From IMG/VR virus record IMGVR_UViG_3300036846_000898, positions 1 through 34,435 of that record: 34,435 nt of DNA, one strand, 5' to 3'. Shown here one piece after another: positions 8,374 through 17,462 of the stretch. Source of the DNA: a virus (taxonomy: Duplodnaviria; Caudoviricetes). The translations under genes were made by a program, and so were the position numbers. The notes beneath the pieces were generated by a model, which made no database searches, was not told the DNA's origin, and was given only the letters and a program-made list of their open reading frames with translations. Position 1 is the first letter of the stretch; every line of letters starts with the position of its first letter.

Positions 8374-8699
8374 GGCAGCGTGCGCGCCGACAGCCGCCGC
8401 ATCGCCTCGGCGATCCGCTCGCTCATCTCGGCCGGGTCGTTGCGGTTGCCCTCGACCACGATGTCGGCGACGCTCAACAGCTTGCGTGACACGCGCGTGC
8501 CGGGTTCGACCACGGCGATGATCGGCTTGTCCAACATGATCGACGCGCCCAGCTCGACCGCGAACTTGACGTCGAAGTCGCCACGCGGCACCAGGCTCAC
8601 CACGTAGGCCGAGGCGTTGAGCTTCGGCAGCAGGTCGTCACGCACCCGGCGCACGTACTCGTGCCACTCGCGGGTGTCGAACGGGTCGTCAGACATCAT
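8370..8699 (-). CDS. Small Rossmann-like protein resembling the nucleoside 2-deoxyribosyltransferase/TIR-like fold
   Basis: 'DVKFAVELGASIMLDKPIIAV' resembles the NDT 'ElG.A.algKpv' motif; coupled to neighbouring genes. Confidence 0.6.
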   Translation of the reverse strand: MMSDDPFDTREWHEYVRRVRDDLLPKLNASAYVVSLVPRGDFDVKFAVELGASIMLDKPIIAVVEPGTRVSRKLLSVADIVVEGNRNDPAEMSERIAEAMRRLSARTLP

Positions 8700-9177
8700 C
8701 GGGCCTCCACGCCTCGGACGCGTGGCGTTCGTCGCGCATCGCGGCCACGATGCGGTCGTGCCCGGCGCGTGCCGCAGGCTCGGTCGGGTAGCGCATCTGG
8801 AAGTCGTCGAACACCGGCACGTCGCCGAGCAGGCTCGGCTCGGTCATCTCGGAGTGCATGACCATCGTCTCGAAGATGAGCGGCGGGCCCGGCGTGAAGC
8901 GGTGATTGATGCCGAGCCACACGGTCGACACGATCCAGCCGTCGACCTCGCTGCGCTCGACGATGCGGTACTCGGCGTCTTCGAGGCGCAGCGCCCATTC
9001 GCGCAGCGTGAGCGGCAGACCGTCGCGGTCGTAGTGCATCGACCGCATGCGCGGGTGACCGAGCGCGTCGAGGCTGCCGTCGCCGGTCCAGTCGTGACAC
9101 GCGCCGCAGTAGCCCTCGTGCGCGTCCAGCGGGTGGTGCGTGGTGTGCCCGCAGCGCGGGCAGGTGAACGGCGTCAT
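8689..9177 (-). CDS. Hypothetical phage protein with N-terminal Zn ribbon (162 aa)
   Basis: ATGA at 9174-9177; 'FTCPRCG...YCGACHDW' followed by the common phage motif 'VSTVWLG.NH...GPPLIFETMV...RY.T...A.AGH'. Confidence 0.75.
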   Translation of the reverse strand: MTPFTCPRCGHTTHHPLDAHEGYCGACHDWTGDGSLDALGHPRMRSMHYDRDGLPLTLREWALRLEDAEYRIVERSEVDGWIVSTVWLGINHRFTPGPPLIFETMVMHSEMTEPSLLGDVPVFDDFQMRYPTEPAARAGHDRIVAAMRDERHASEAWRPDDV

Positions 9178-9752
9178 TCGTCGTCCCAGCTCACGAGGGT
9201 CATCGTGTGGATGCCCGGCACCAGGCGGCCGATCAGGTCGGCGACCACCTCGTCGGCCTGGTCGCGGCTCACGTCCGCCGCCGCCTCGCGCAGGCCGAGA
9301 CGACGAGCCCGGACCATGAGCGCGCGCACGTCCTCGACATCGACCAGCAGGCGGCCGCTGTTGTCGGGGCCCGAATACGACTCGATGTCGTCGAAGTCGA
9401 TGCGCGCGCCGCACACCCGATAGCGCGCCACGAACAGCGACACGCCCTCGGGTGTCACCCACTGGCCGATCAGCGCCTCGCTCGCGGTCGGGTCGCCTTG
9501 CTCGAAGCGCTCCTTGGGGCTGCGCTCGCCGTCGGGCCCTTCGGCGTGCCAGGCGTCGACGATGAGCATGACCGCCTCGGCGTCCATGAGTGCGAGCGTC
9601 GCCGCGGCGAAGTGCGGGAACGCCAACGGGTCGAGCGCGGCGATCATCACCGGCGTGCCATCGCGGTGCACGACCGCCTTGGGCACGAGCCGCTCGGTGA
9701 CACGCCGGTGTTCCATCTCGACTTCGAGGTACGTCACCGGCACCGCGGTCAT
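9174..9752 (-). CDS. Hypothetical protein (192 aa)
   Basis: ATGA overlaps at both ends; protein-like composition. Confidence 0.7.
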   Translation of the reverse strand: MTAVPVTYLEVEMEHRRVTERLVPKAVVHRDGTPVMIAALDPLAFPHFAAATLALMDAEAVMLIVDAWHAEGPDGERSPKERFEQGDPTASEALIGQWVTPEGVSLFVARYRVCGARIDFDDIESYSGPDNSGRLLVDVEDVRALMVRARRLGLREAAADVSRDQADEVVADLIGRLVPGIHTMTLVSWDDE

Positions 9753-10834
9753 CGGTGCTCCCCGGTGTCGAGCACCCGCACGTGCTCGACGTTCGACAAC
9801 GGCGCATCCTCGGGGCCCCGCCAATGCGCGGCGATCCACGTCGGCCGCCGGTACGCACGATGGGGCCCGTACGCCTGGCGGCGCCAGTGGCCGCTCACGA
9901 GGTAGCGCACGTTGACGTGGCGGTGCTCGCCGTCGCCGTTGGCGTGGGTGCGAGTGTGTCGCCGAGCGACGTCGATGATCTGCACCGTCGGGGTCGCCGC
10001 GCCGTGACGCTCCGCTCGTCGTCGCTCAGCGCGGGTGCCGTGTGAGGTCTCCACCGAGGCGATGCCCGGCTGCGTCATCAGCAACCACAGCGCGGCCAGC
10101 CGTCGCCGGTCCTCGGCGATCGACGCGAACGCCGAGTCGGTGTAGGGCAGCTCACGATGCTCGACGGGCGTGCCGTACAGCCAGTCGCCCCGGCCGAGCC
10201 ACGCCCACACGTCGCCGTGGACGTGAAAGCTCAGGTTGGAGCCTTCACGAAACACCGGGCCTCGCGTCGCCTGTCCGATCGCGCCGGTGACGAGCGCGTG
10301 ATCCAACTCGTGACCGGCGAGGCCGTCGTCGGCGTTGTAGCGGCTGTAGCTGACCATGCCGAGCCCGTCGCGCAGGCGACGGGGTTCGGCGACGCGCACG
10401 GTGCCGCCGCCGATCACCTGCTGCAACTCGGCGAGGTGCACCGGGCCCCAGCACATGGCATCGACGCGCACCAACGGCCCAGCGTCGTCTCGTTGCGCGT
10501 CGAGCCCGTACAGCGGGCGCTCGAACACGACGAGCCCCGATGAACGCGGCACCAGCTCGGCCTCGAGAATCGTGTCGGGCGGGACCGTGCGCTCCGCGGC
10601 GGCGAGCACCTCGCACATCTCGGCGCTCACCCACCACAGCGACGCATCGACGAGCGTGCGCAGATGGAAGTCCGGTTCGCGTGCTGCCCCGGCCTCGTGT
10701 TCGACCTGGGTGACCATCGTGCCCGGCATCATCGCGGCCGTGGCGGCGTACGCACCGCCCGGCAGCCAGCTTTCGAGCAGTCGGTCTCGCAACGTCGGGA
10801 GGTCACGCGGACCCCGTATCACCACTTCAGGCAT
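9749..10834 (-). CDS. Conserved phage hypothetical protein (361 aa)
   Basis: RBS AAGGAG; C-terminal 'VSGHWRRQAYGP...WIAAHWRGP' motif common in phage proteins. Confidence 0.82.
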   Translation of the reverse strand: MPEVVIRGPRDLPTLRDRLLESWLPGGAYAATAAMMPGTMVTQVEHEAGAAREPDFHLRTLVDASLWWVSAEMCEVLAAAERTVPPDTILEAELVPRSSGLVVFERPLYGLDAQRDDAGPLVRVDAMCWGPVHLAELQQVIGGGTVRVAEPRRLRDGLGMVSYSRYNADDGLAGHELDHALVTGAIGQATRGPVFREGSNLSFHVHGDVWAWLGRGDWLYGTPVEHRELPYTDSAFASIAEDRRRLAALWLLMTQPGIASVETSHGTRAERRRAERHGAATPTVQIIDVARRHTRTHANGDGEHRHVNVRYLVSGHWRRQAYGPHRAYRRPTWIAAHWRGPEDAPLSNVEHVRVLDTGEHR

Positions 10835-10872
10835 TGCCCTCTCCTTGCGTTCACGTGTGTGGTCCGTAAACG

Positions 10873-11082
10873 CTACGTCCGTCGCCGCATGCGGGAAAGG
10901 CGTACCACCAGGGCCTTGCAGGCGTGCACCACGAGCACCCCGAGGCAGGCCCCCCAGGCCGCAGCGACGAGCACGTCAATCGGGTCGAGGTCCCGCCGGC
11001 GCAGGGCGACGACCGGCTCGCTCGGCATGAGGTCGGCGAGCCGTTGCTGCATCCGTTGCAGCTCGTGGTCATGGGCGGCCAT
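10873..11082 (-). CDS. Small hypothetical protein, possible single TM segment
   Basis: Hydrophobic stretch VLVAAAWGACLGVLVV; fills the gap in the operon. Confidence 0.55.
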   Translation of the reverse strand: MAAHDHELQRMQQRLADLMPSEPVVALRRRDLDPIDVLVAAAWGACLGVLVVHACKALVVRLSRMRRRT

Positions 11083-11084
11083 CG

Positions 11085-11447
11085 TCAGTCGCCGCCGCCC
11101 TCGTCGTCGGGCTCGTTGTCGCCGTCGAAGTCGAGGGGCGGTGTGCCGAGCAGTTCATCGAGCTCGGCCTGGCGATCGGCGCGCAGCTTCATCAGCAAGT
11201 CGTCGGCGTCGATGCCCTCGGTGAGCACGTAGCCCTCGCCGACCGCGATGCGCTGGATGCGCACCAGGCCCTTCTTGCGCCGGTCGTGCTCGACGTGCTC
11301 GACGACGCCCGCCACCACGACCACGACCTCGGTGTCGGGTGGCAGCGACTGGTTGAGCCGGGTGTCGCCGACCTGGCCGATGACCCGATTGCGGATCTCG
11401 GTCACGGTCTTGCCTTCGAAGCGTTGCTTGGACGTGCGGGGCATCAC
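11085..11447 (-). CDS. Hypothetical protein (120 aa)
   Basis: RBS AAGGAG; start overlaps the rep stop; acidic tail. Confidence 0.72.
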   Translation of the reverse strand: MMPRTSKQRFEGKTVTEIRNRVIGQVGDTRLNQSLPPDTEVVVVVAGVVEHVEHDRRKKGLVRIQRIAVGEGYVLTEGIDADDLLMKLRADRQAELDELLGTPPLDFDGDNEPDDEGGGD

Positions 11448-11986
11448 GACTCCTTGGTTGGTTTGCGCAACCGTTCGCCCGCGGCGCGGGCCTCGGCTCG
11501 GCCACGCTCACGCTGCTCGTCGGTGAGCGGTCCGTCGGGCGTCACGATGGGGGGTAGGGGGGTACTTCGTGTCGTCTGTGTCGTGCTGCGTGACTCACGC
11601 CGTGACTCACGCCGTGACTTCGCCCGAACTTCGCCGTTACCTCGGGCGCGGTAGGCCCGTTGACGCTCACGTGCCGAAGCCCGCTCGGCCTCCCGTTCGG
11701 CCTTGCTGGGCTGCTGATCCAAGAACCCATTGATGACCCAGCCGTCGCCGCCGTCACGGCGTGACGCGACGCGCCATCGCCCCACTTTCACGAGCCGTTG
11801 CACGTGAACTCTCACGCGTGGGATTCCGCGCCCCAACTGCACGAGCGCTGCACTCGGGACGCGCCCGTCCAGTTCGAGGCGCGCGGAATAGCAGATGGCA
11901 CGCACGTCGAGCAGCTCGGCCATCGGCCCGGCTTCGACGAGTTTCGGATGGTCTTGGTGCGTGTCGTCGAGGCGAATCCAGCCCAT
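11444..11986 (-). CDS. Phage replication initiator (RepA-like, actinophage type), about 180 aa
   Basis: 'WIRLDD...HPKL..AG..A...AICYS....DG.VP...LV.VG.W...GWVI..F...QPS...ARERQRAYR' pattern; internal iteron-like repeats. Confidence 0.78.
   Translation of the reverse strand: MGWIRLDDTHQDHPKLVEAGPMAELLDVRAICYSARLELDGRVPSAALVQLGRGIPRVRVHVQRLVKVGRWRVASRRDGGDGWVINGFLDQQPSKAEREAERASARERQRAYRARGNGEVRAKSRRESRRESRSTTQTTRSTPLPPIVTPDGPLTDEQRERGRAEARAAGERLRKPTKES
11589..11623. repeat. Iteron-like 12-bp tandem repeats CGTGACTCACGC x2 plus a partial copy, inside rep (putative origin)
   Basis: Directly visible; GCGTGA-C-TCACGC is itself a palindrome, and a related palindrome CGTCACG-G-CGTGACG lies at 11752-11766. 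Confidence 0.6.
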
Positions 11987-11990
11987 GGCG

Positions 11991-12170
11991 TCACCCCTCG
12001 GCGTCCTGATCGAACGGCGGCGGCGTCTCGGGTAACGGTGTGACATGGGGCGGCGGTGGCGCGAACGGCGCTCCCGGCATGTGCGGGTCGACCGGTCGAT
12101 GCTGACGACGCACGAGCAACAGGCCGACGCTCAGCGCCGTGACCAGGGAGAACGCCAGGCCGAGCATCAC
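11991..12170 (-). CDS. Small membrane protein (about 59 aa)
   Basis: N-terminal TM segment LGLAFSLVTALSVGLLLV; GTGA overlap. Confidence 0.65.
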   Translation of the reverse strand: MMLGLAFSLVTALSVGLLLVRRQHRPVDPHMPGAPFAPPPPHVTPLPETPPPFDQDAEG

Positions 12171-12424
12171 CGGGCAGGCCCGGCGAGCACAACGTCGATG
12201 CGCCCGCCGCCGTGCTCCTGGTCGACGTGATCCTCGACCGCCTTGCCGTAGCGAGCGAACACCTGCCCGCACCCGACGCACCGCACGGCCGCGCCGTTGA
12301 CACGAGCCGGACGCGCACGTTCGGGGCCCTTCGGCGCGCGCGTCCGACTCTCTCCCCCCACCATCTCGGCCACCTGCTTGCGCAGGGCCGGTGGCAACTT
12401 GTCGAGCGGCACGCGTGCGGTCAT
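12167..12424 (-). CDS. C2H2-type zinc-finger protein (85 aa)
   Basis: 'RCVGCGQVF....AVEDHVDQEHGGGRI'; ATGA overlap. Confidence 0.72.
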   Translation of the reverse strand: MTARVPLDKLPPALRKQVAEMVGGESRTRAPKGPERARPARVNGAAVRCVGCGQVFARYGKAVEDHVDQEHGGGRIDVVLAGPAR

Positions 12425-12693
12425 CGTTCGCGGTCTCGCATCGCCCGCCAGGCGTCGTGGCGCATGAGCAGGTCGTGCAGGTAGCGCTCGGCCGCGGGGA
12501 GCGTGAACTCCCAATCGACGACGCCGTACACGCGCGGGTCGGCCTCCAACCGCTTCAGCACGAGCGCCACCGAGCCGTGCGGCAGGTCGTCGGGCACCCG
12601 GAACGTGACCACGAGGTACGTGCTCTCGACCGACGAATCGTCGAGCGGCGTGCCGATCGGAGGTCGTAGGGGCCGTTGCGCCATCGCGGTCAC
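12421..12693 (-). CDS. Hypothetical protein (about 90 aa)
   Basis: GTGA and ATGA overlaps with neighbouring genes. Confidence 0.65.
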   Translation of the reverse strand: MTAMAQRPLRPPIGTPLDDSSVESTYLVVTFRVPDDLPHGSVALVLKRLEADPRVYGVVDWEFTLPAAERYLHDLLMRHDAWRAMRDRER

Positions 12694-12971
12694 CGTGTCG
12701 CTCGGCGGCGGTGCACGCCTGCGTCGGGGCAGGTGGCGAAGTGCGACACGTAGCGCGGCTGGTCGGGGTCGCTGAACAGGTCCGGTTGGCTGCGTTTGAG
12801 GACGATGGCCTTGGGCCAGGTGCGGCCGCTGAACGTGCCGACGGTGTCGGTGGTGATGACCACGGTGCCGTCGTCGACCGGGTCGACATCGAGCGGCGTG
12901 AGCGCGCCCGACGGCATGACCACCCAACGAATCCGCGCGCCGCAGCTCGTGCAACGCGACGCCCGGCTCAT
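12690..12971 (-). CDS. Zn-binding phage hypothetical protein (93 aa)
   Basis: 'CTSCGARIRW...PLD...SHFATCP' motif common in phage proteins. Confidence 0.8.
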   Translation of the reverse strand: MSRASRCTSCGARIRWVVMPSGALTPLDVDPVDDGTVVITTDTVGTFSGRTWPKAIVLKRSQPDLFSDPDQPRYVSHFATCPDAGVHRRRATR

Positions 12972-13156
12972 GGCGTGTCGGGGCCGGGGGCGGCGGCGTC
13001 GATGGACGGCAGGTCGGCGAGCAGCCGTTCGACCGCGCGCGCGATGAGCACGGACGGGCTGACGAGGCGGTCGTTGGCGACGTGCTCCAGGCGCTTCGAG
13101 AGCGGCTCGGGCAACTTGACGCTGATGCGGACGTAGCCGGTCGCAGGTGATGTCAC
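12968..13156 (-). CDS. Ribbon-helix-helix (CopG-like) DNA-binding protein
   Basis: 'RISVKLPEPLSKRLEHVA...VSPSVLIARAVERLL'. Confidence 0.78.
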   Translation of the reverse strand: MTSPATGYVRISVKLPEPLSKRLEHVANDRLVSPSVLIARAVERLLADLPSIDAAAPGPDTP

Positions 13157-14043
13157 GATGGGGCCCCTTCTTCGGTCGCGTGTGGTTTGGTGGCGGTCGG
13201 CTTGTCCTTGGGCTTGGGCTCGGCGGCGGGCGGCGGCTCGGCGTCGGTCGCCTCGGCGTCGGGTTCGTCGGGGAGTGCCGGCGTCTCGTCGACGCCGACC
13301 GCCGCGTACTCGTCCAGCGGCAGGTCGAAGTCGCGGCGCACGCTCTCGTCAGCCCGCTCGGCCGCGGCGATCTCGACCGACAGAGGCAGTTGGGTCACGA
13401 GCGCCCGCACCGCCGACTTGCGCGCCATCTGCGGGTAGTCGGTCACCCACGGGCCATCGTCACGAGAGCGCGAGCGGGAGCGGCGGCGGTCGATGTCGGA
13501 CTTGGACAACACCTCGAAGCGGCGTTCGTCGCCGTCGCGCATCACCGCCATCGCCCACGCGCCGGTCAGCTCGCCCCGGTCGGCGTCCATCGGCCACGTG
13601 TGTTCGAGGCGCTGGCTGGTGCCCTTCTCGAAGATGAAGCGGTCGCGGGCGAAGATCACTTCGCTGTCGACCGCGCGCACGAGGCCCGAGCGCACCGCCA
13701 ACAGGGTGTAGCCGCGGTAGCCGATGATGAGTTGGACGTCGGTGCGCCGGGCTCGGTTGTTGCGAAACGGCAGCAACCACGCCTGGCCGAGCGCCGGGCC
13801 CGGCTCCAGGTTGAGCGACGCCATGGTGAGCACCGCGCCGAGGAAGCTGTGGCCGTCGGCGGCGTGCAGCTTCGGCTCGCGTTGCAGCTCGGTGCGCACG
13901 ATGCGCACGAACCGATCCAGGCCGCCGTTGCCGGTGGGCAGCACGCGGGCGATCTGCGGCCGGTACTGGTCGAGCAGCGCGAACACGGTCGGCCCGCTGG
14001 CGGGCGTGGCGATCTTGTCGCGCAGCTCGACGTCGCCGGTCAT
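13153..14043 (-). CDS. recT: RecT-family single-strand annealing recombinase (296 aa)
   Basis: 'LGQAWLLPF...QLIIGYRGY..LA.RSG', 'PWVTDYPQMARKSAVRAL..LPLS'. Confidence 0.95.
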   Translation of the reverse strand: MTGDVELRDKIATPASGPTVFALLDQYRPQIARVLPTGNGGLDRFVRIVRTELQREPKLHAADGHSFLGAVLTMASLNLEPGPALGQAWLLPFRNNRARRTDVQLIIGYRGYTLLAVRSGLVRAVDSEVIFARDRFIFEKGTSQRLEHTWPMDADRGELTGAWAMAVMRDGDERRFEVLSKSDIDRRRSRSRSRDDGPWVTDYPQMARKSAVRALVTQLPLSVEIAAAERADESVRRDFDLPLDEYAAVGVDETPALPDEPDAEATDAEPPPAAEPKPKDKPTATKPHATEEGAPS

Positions 14044-14657
14044 CGGGTGCGCTCGCCGAGGACGAGCCGCTCCAGGTCGGTGAGGTCCCACATGGCCTGG
14101 ACGACCCACAGGTCGCCGCGCACGTGGCGCAGCAGCGCCGGGTCTCGCGGCGGCGTCGACGGCGACCACTCCTCGACCTCCCACAGCACATGGAAGCGGC
14201 CGATGCGCGGCCGTCGCGGCCGCACGTTGGGCGGGATCACCGGGACCATCGTGCGGACCTGCCACTGGCTGCGGCGGCTCGGCGCGTCGGCGACGTGCAC
14301 CCGCACGGTGTGTTGGCCGACGAGCGCGCCGCGGCTGCGGTGGTGATCGGCGTCGCCGAACACGAAGTGCCCGCCGCCGTTGCGCCAATCCGAGTCCCAA
14401 TGCACGAAACACGTCGCCGCGTCGGCGCGTACGACGGCGATGCGGGGCCAACCGGCGCCGGGCTCGCCCTCGGCGAAGAACCCGCCCGCGGTCACGGCCT
14501 GCGACAAGCGGATGAGGGGCATGCCCCGCTTGGCGGCCCGATAGGCGCGGGCGATGGCCTCGTCCTCGGCCATGCGGTCGCGGGCGAGCACCCCCTGGTA
14601 CTCGGCGAGCTTGGCCTCGGCTTCGGCCGGGTCGACTTGGACGGTGGTGAGGTTCAC
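14040..14657 (-). CDS. Conserved hypothetical protein (205 aa)
   Basis: Coupled between the YqaJ and recT genes; 'VPVIPP.VRP...VLWEVEEW...DPALL...WDLT.LE'. Confidence 0.8.
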   Translation of the reverse strand: MNLTTVQVDPAEAEAKLAEYQGVLARDRMAEDEAIARAYRAAKRGMPLIRLSQAVTAGGFFAEGEPGAGWPRIAVVRADAATCFVHWDSDWRNGGGHFVFGDADHHRSRGALVGQHTVRVHVADAPSRRSQWQVRTMVPVIPPNVRPRRPRIGRFHVLWEVEEWSPSTPPRDPALLRHVRGDLWVVQAMWDLTDLERLVLGERTR

Positions 14658-15628
14658 GAGTGGCCTCCGATCAGCAGGCGGCGTTGGGTGGTGGTGCGGG
14701 CGTAGGCGGCATAGGTCTCGGGCTGGTCCTTGCGCAGCGCGGTGGTGTCGAGGCGCTGCACCTCGTGCGCCTTCCAGGTGACGGCCTCGCGGTCGCCGAC
14801 GACGCCGCGCTCGGCGTCACCGAGCCAGGCGCGCAGTTGGTTCTCGAAGCGGTCGCAGTCGTCCTCGGCCCGCTTGCGCCGGGCGCGTGCGGCGCCGAGC
14901 TCGTCGAGCACCACCGCCGCGCTGGGCGGCAGGGTCACGCTGCGGCCGGGCTCGGGCTGGGGGTAGGCGGCGCTGAGCACGGCCCGGTCGCCGACGCTGG
15001 CCGCGGGCGGGTCGGCCTCGAGGATGCGCCGCCACATCTCGGCCTCGGCCGCGACGAGGCGCTCGATGAGTTGCTCGTCGCGCTCGATGACGTGGACGAC
15101 GAGACGGAATCGACGCTCGGACAGCAGGCCGATCAGCCACCCGACCTGGAAGCCGGTGACGGCGAGGTAGTGCTGGACCTGGAGCACGTGGTGGTCGGGG
15201 GGCCCGTCGTCCCAGCGGGCGGTGTCGTGGGTCAGCTTGATCTCGGCCAGGCCGAGCGCCACGTCGTCGGCGAACGGCGACTCGAACACGAGCCGGTCCA
15301 CGTTGGCGTGCATGAACGGAAGGTCGGCGCGGGCGAACGTGGCGGGCGGGAGCATGAGGTGGAGGCCGGTGCGCTCGGCCCACTCGGCGGCGATGGCGTC
15401 CTCCATCCGCCGGCCCCAGGTCATGGCCTCGGTTTCGTCGGCCGCGGGCACCTGGCCGGTCTTGACCAGCCACAGCGCGAGCGGCGACTCGTACGGGTCG
15501 AGGCCGACGCACGCCGCCGCCTCGGAACCGCCAATGGCCTGACGCCGTTGCTCGTGCCATTCGGGGCTGTCGGGCGGCGCGAACGGCAGCGTGATGCAGC
15601 GCTCGTCCGGGACCACGAGCGCGCTCAC
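14654..15628 (-). CDS. YqaJ-like (lambda exonuclease family) viral recombinase exonuclease, about 324 aa
   Basis: 'EW...RR..IGGSEAAA..G..PY.S...LW..KTG', 'ANVDR', 'EIK', 'QVQHYLAVTG'. Confidence 0.93.
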   Translation of the reverse strand: MSALVVPDERCITLPFAPPDSPEWHEQRRQAIGGSEAAACVGLDPYESPLALWLVKTGQVPAADETEAMTWGRRMEDAIAAEWAERTGLHLMLPPATFARADLPFMHANVDRLVFESPFADDVALGLAEIKLTHDTARWDDGPPDHHVLQVQHYLAVTGFQVGWLIGLLSERRFRLVVHVIERDEQLIERLVAAEAEMWRRILEADPPAASVGDRAVLSAAYPQPEPGRSVTLPPSAAVVLDELGAARARRKRAEDDCDRFENQLRAWLGDAERGVVGDREAVTWKAHEVQRLDTTALRKDQPETYAAYARTTTQRRLLIGGHS

Positions 15629-15942
15629 GGCTGTTCGCTCTTGACCGCCCGGATGAACTCGTCGCCCTCCGCGGTGGTGCGCACGATCTCGACCAGCGCG
15701 CCCACGAAGCGCTCGACGTGGGCCCGGTCGGCGTGGGTGAACAGATCGAACACCGCGCCCGAGTGCAGGCTCATGGCCGCCCGCACCATGGCCTGCTCGC
15801 CGCTCGACAACGAGGCGAACTCGTCCGAGCCCGGCGCGCTGAGCCAATCGGCCAACAGCACGTGCCCGCCGGGCGACTCGACGAGCGCGCCCGGCATGTC
15901 GCCCAACAACTCGCACACCGCGCGGCGGATGGCCGCGGTCAT
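15625..15942 (-). CDS. Hypothetical protein (105 aa)
   Basis: ATGA overlap with the cro stop; 'SLSSGEQAMVRAA' motif. Confidence 0.7.
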   Translation of the reverse strand: MTAAIRRAVCELLGDMPGALVESPGGHVLLADWLSAPGSDEFASLSSGEQAMVRAAMSLHSGAVFDLFTHADRAHVERFVGALVEIVRTTAEGDEFIRAVKSEQP

Positions 15943-16202
15943 GCGCTGCGGCGGCGATCGGGCCAGGCGAACAGGTCGGCGGGGTGCACGCGCAGTGCCC
16001 GCGCGATCGCCAGGCGGATCTCGTCCGGGGAACCGTCGAGGCCCAGCTCCAGGCGGCTGATGGTGGTCTGGTGCAGGCCGACGGCCCGAGCGAGCTGCGC
16101 CTGACTCAGGCCGAGCGCCTGTCGCCGCTGACGGACGCGACGGCCCCAATCGGTGCGGATGGCTCGCAGCCGAGCCTCGGCATGCGGTGAGGGCGTACCC
16201 AT
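15939..16202 (-). CDS. Cro-like XRE helix-turn-helix regulator
   Basis: 'RVRQRRQALGLSQAQLARAVGLHQTTISRLELG...IARALRV...DLF'; first gene of the leftward early operon. Confidence 0.88.
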   Translation of the reverse strand: MGTPSPHAEARLRAIRTDWGRRVRQRRQALGLSQAQLARAVGLHQTTISRLELGLDGSPDEIRLAIARALRVHPADLFAWPDRRRSA

Positions 16203-16323
16203 ACGGACTGAGAACGTACGACGCCGAGGCGTATCCGTCCAGGGGCAATCGCCCGGCCACCCGCGGCGAAGTTAGCTATCAGGAGGTATGCGTCAGAAAC
16301 TTAGATGTGATTACTCTTGGCGT
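16203..16323. promoter_or_regulatory. Divergent cI/cro genetic switch region
   Basis: AT-richer spacer between divergent XRE genes; TACTCT (16312-16317) lies 6 nt before ATG 16324, consistent with a leaderless repressor mRNA. Confidence 0.7.
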
Positions 16324-16695
16324 ATGGCGACGCGCAATAAGGAGAAGCGGCCGACCACCGATCACGAGCTGGGTGACGTGCTCGGCCGAGCTTTGCGAGA
16401 GACTCGCGAGGAGCAGGGCTACACCCAAGCGGCGGTGGCCGAGCATCTAGACGTGCATCAAGCGACGGTCTCAACCATCGAGCTTGGACAACGCTGCGCC
16501 ACGCATAGCGAACTAGCGATGCTTGAGGACTGGTGGGGCTTACCGCGTGGGTACATCCAACGACGCGCCGGAATCATCGACGATCCGACCAACACCAAGC
16601 AAGCGATCTACGCCGATCCAGCGCTCAGCGCCGAGGCTGTCGCGATGCTGGTCGCCGCGTACGACGCGCTCGTCAAGTCGAGCCGTCGCCAATAG
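16324..16695 (+). CDS. CI-like immunity repressor (XRE HTH, 123 aa, no peptidase domain)
   Basis: 'LRETREEQGYTQAAVAEHLDVHQATVSTIELG', C-terminal 'AIYADPALS'; divergent from cro. Confidence 0.85.
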   Translation: MATRNKEKRPTTDHELGDVLGRALRETREEQGYTQAAVAEHLDVHQATVSTIELGQRCATHSELAMLEDWWGLPRGYIQRRAGIIDDPTNTKQAIYADPALSAEAVAMLVAAYDALVKSSRRQ

Positions 16696-16954
16696 CGTCG
16701 TCGCTTTCGGCGGCACGGAAGCCGATTAGCGTCGTCAATTCGTAGTTGTTGACGAGCGAGGCGATCTCGCCGCTGATCGCCTGGAGAAACTCCACCACCA
16801 TCGGGTCGCCATTGCCGCACAGGTGCTCGGCGAGTCGGTCGATCTGACTGCCGATCGACACGAGCGCGGCGGAGAACAGCCGCACGTTGCGGGCGTATTG
16901 CGCATCGCGCTGGGCCAGCTCGGCGAGCAGTCGTTGTTCGACTTGATGTGGCAC
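16673..16954 (-). CDS. Hypothetical protein (about 93 aa)
   Basis: Helical, protein-like composition; converges on the repressor with a 23-bp overlap. Confidence 0.55.
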   Translation of the reverse strand: MPHQVEQRLLAELAQRDAQYARNVRLFSAALVSIGSQIDRLAEHLCGNGDPMVVEFLQAISGEIASLVNNYELTTLIGFRAAESDDAIGDGST

Positions 16955-17038
16955 CAGCGCCCCACCCTCTGATGAAGCGACCAAGACGAGCCGCTATGCG
17001 TGAGAAGCATGCTCTCACAAAGCTGACCCGCGCAAGCG

Positions 17039-17434
17039 TCACCCGGTGGGATGGCCGAGGAGCGAGCCGGTGTCGGCGTACATGACGTCAAAGCCCTCGG
17101 CGAGTCGGGACAGCTCGGCCGCGGTGGCGGCGCAGAACTCAGGCAGCGCAGCGGGGCGTTCGCCGAGCGCGCCGAGCTGCCCGGCGACTGCCCGCAACGT
17201 GGCCGCCAACAAACGACCGGCCCGACCGGCGTGGCGGTCGCGCTCGGCCAGCTCGTCGCGCATCATGCGGCAGCGGTCGAGCAGCAGGCCCACGGCTTGA
17301 TCCTGCTCGCGGACGCGATTCAACAGTTGGGCGTTGGTCGCCTGCGTCAGCGCGACCCGTTCGGCGAGCACGCCGTAGCGCCGCTCCAGATCACGGCAGT
17401 CGGTCAACAGCTCGGTGTGCATCGTGTCGGTCAA
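17039..17434 (-). CDS. Coiled-coil hypothetical protein (131 aa)
   Basis: GGAGGT upstream; heptad-like sequence. Confidence 0.65.
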   Translation of the reverse strand: MTDTMHTELLTDCRDLERRYGVLAERVALTQATNAQLLNRVREQDQAVGLLLDRCRMMRDELAERDRHAGRAGRLLAATLRAVAGQLGALGERPAALPEFCAATAAELSRLAEGFDVMYADTGSLLGHPTG

Positions 17435-17462
17435 GGGCCCCAGACCTCCCCTGTACCCCGCG

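Noticed and set aside
16194-16327. Repressor operator consensus (CGTA-N4-TACG at 16194-16205; CGTAT-like half sites; similar 12-mer at 21401-21412)
   Set aside because: Too short and inconsistent to define an operator by eye; it needs motif discovery or footprinting.
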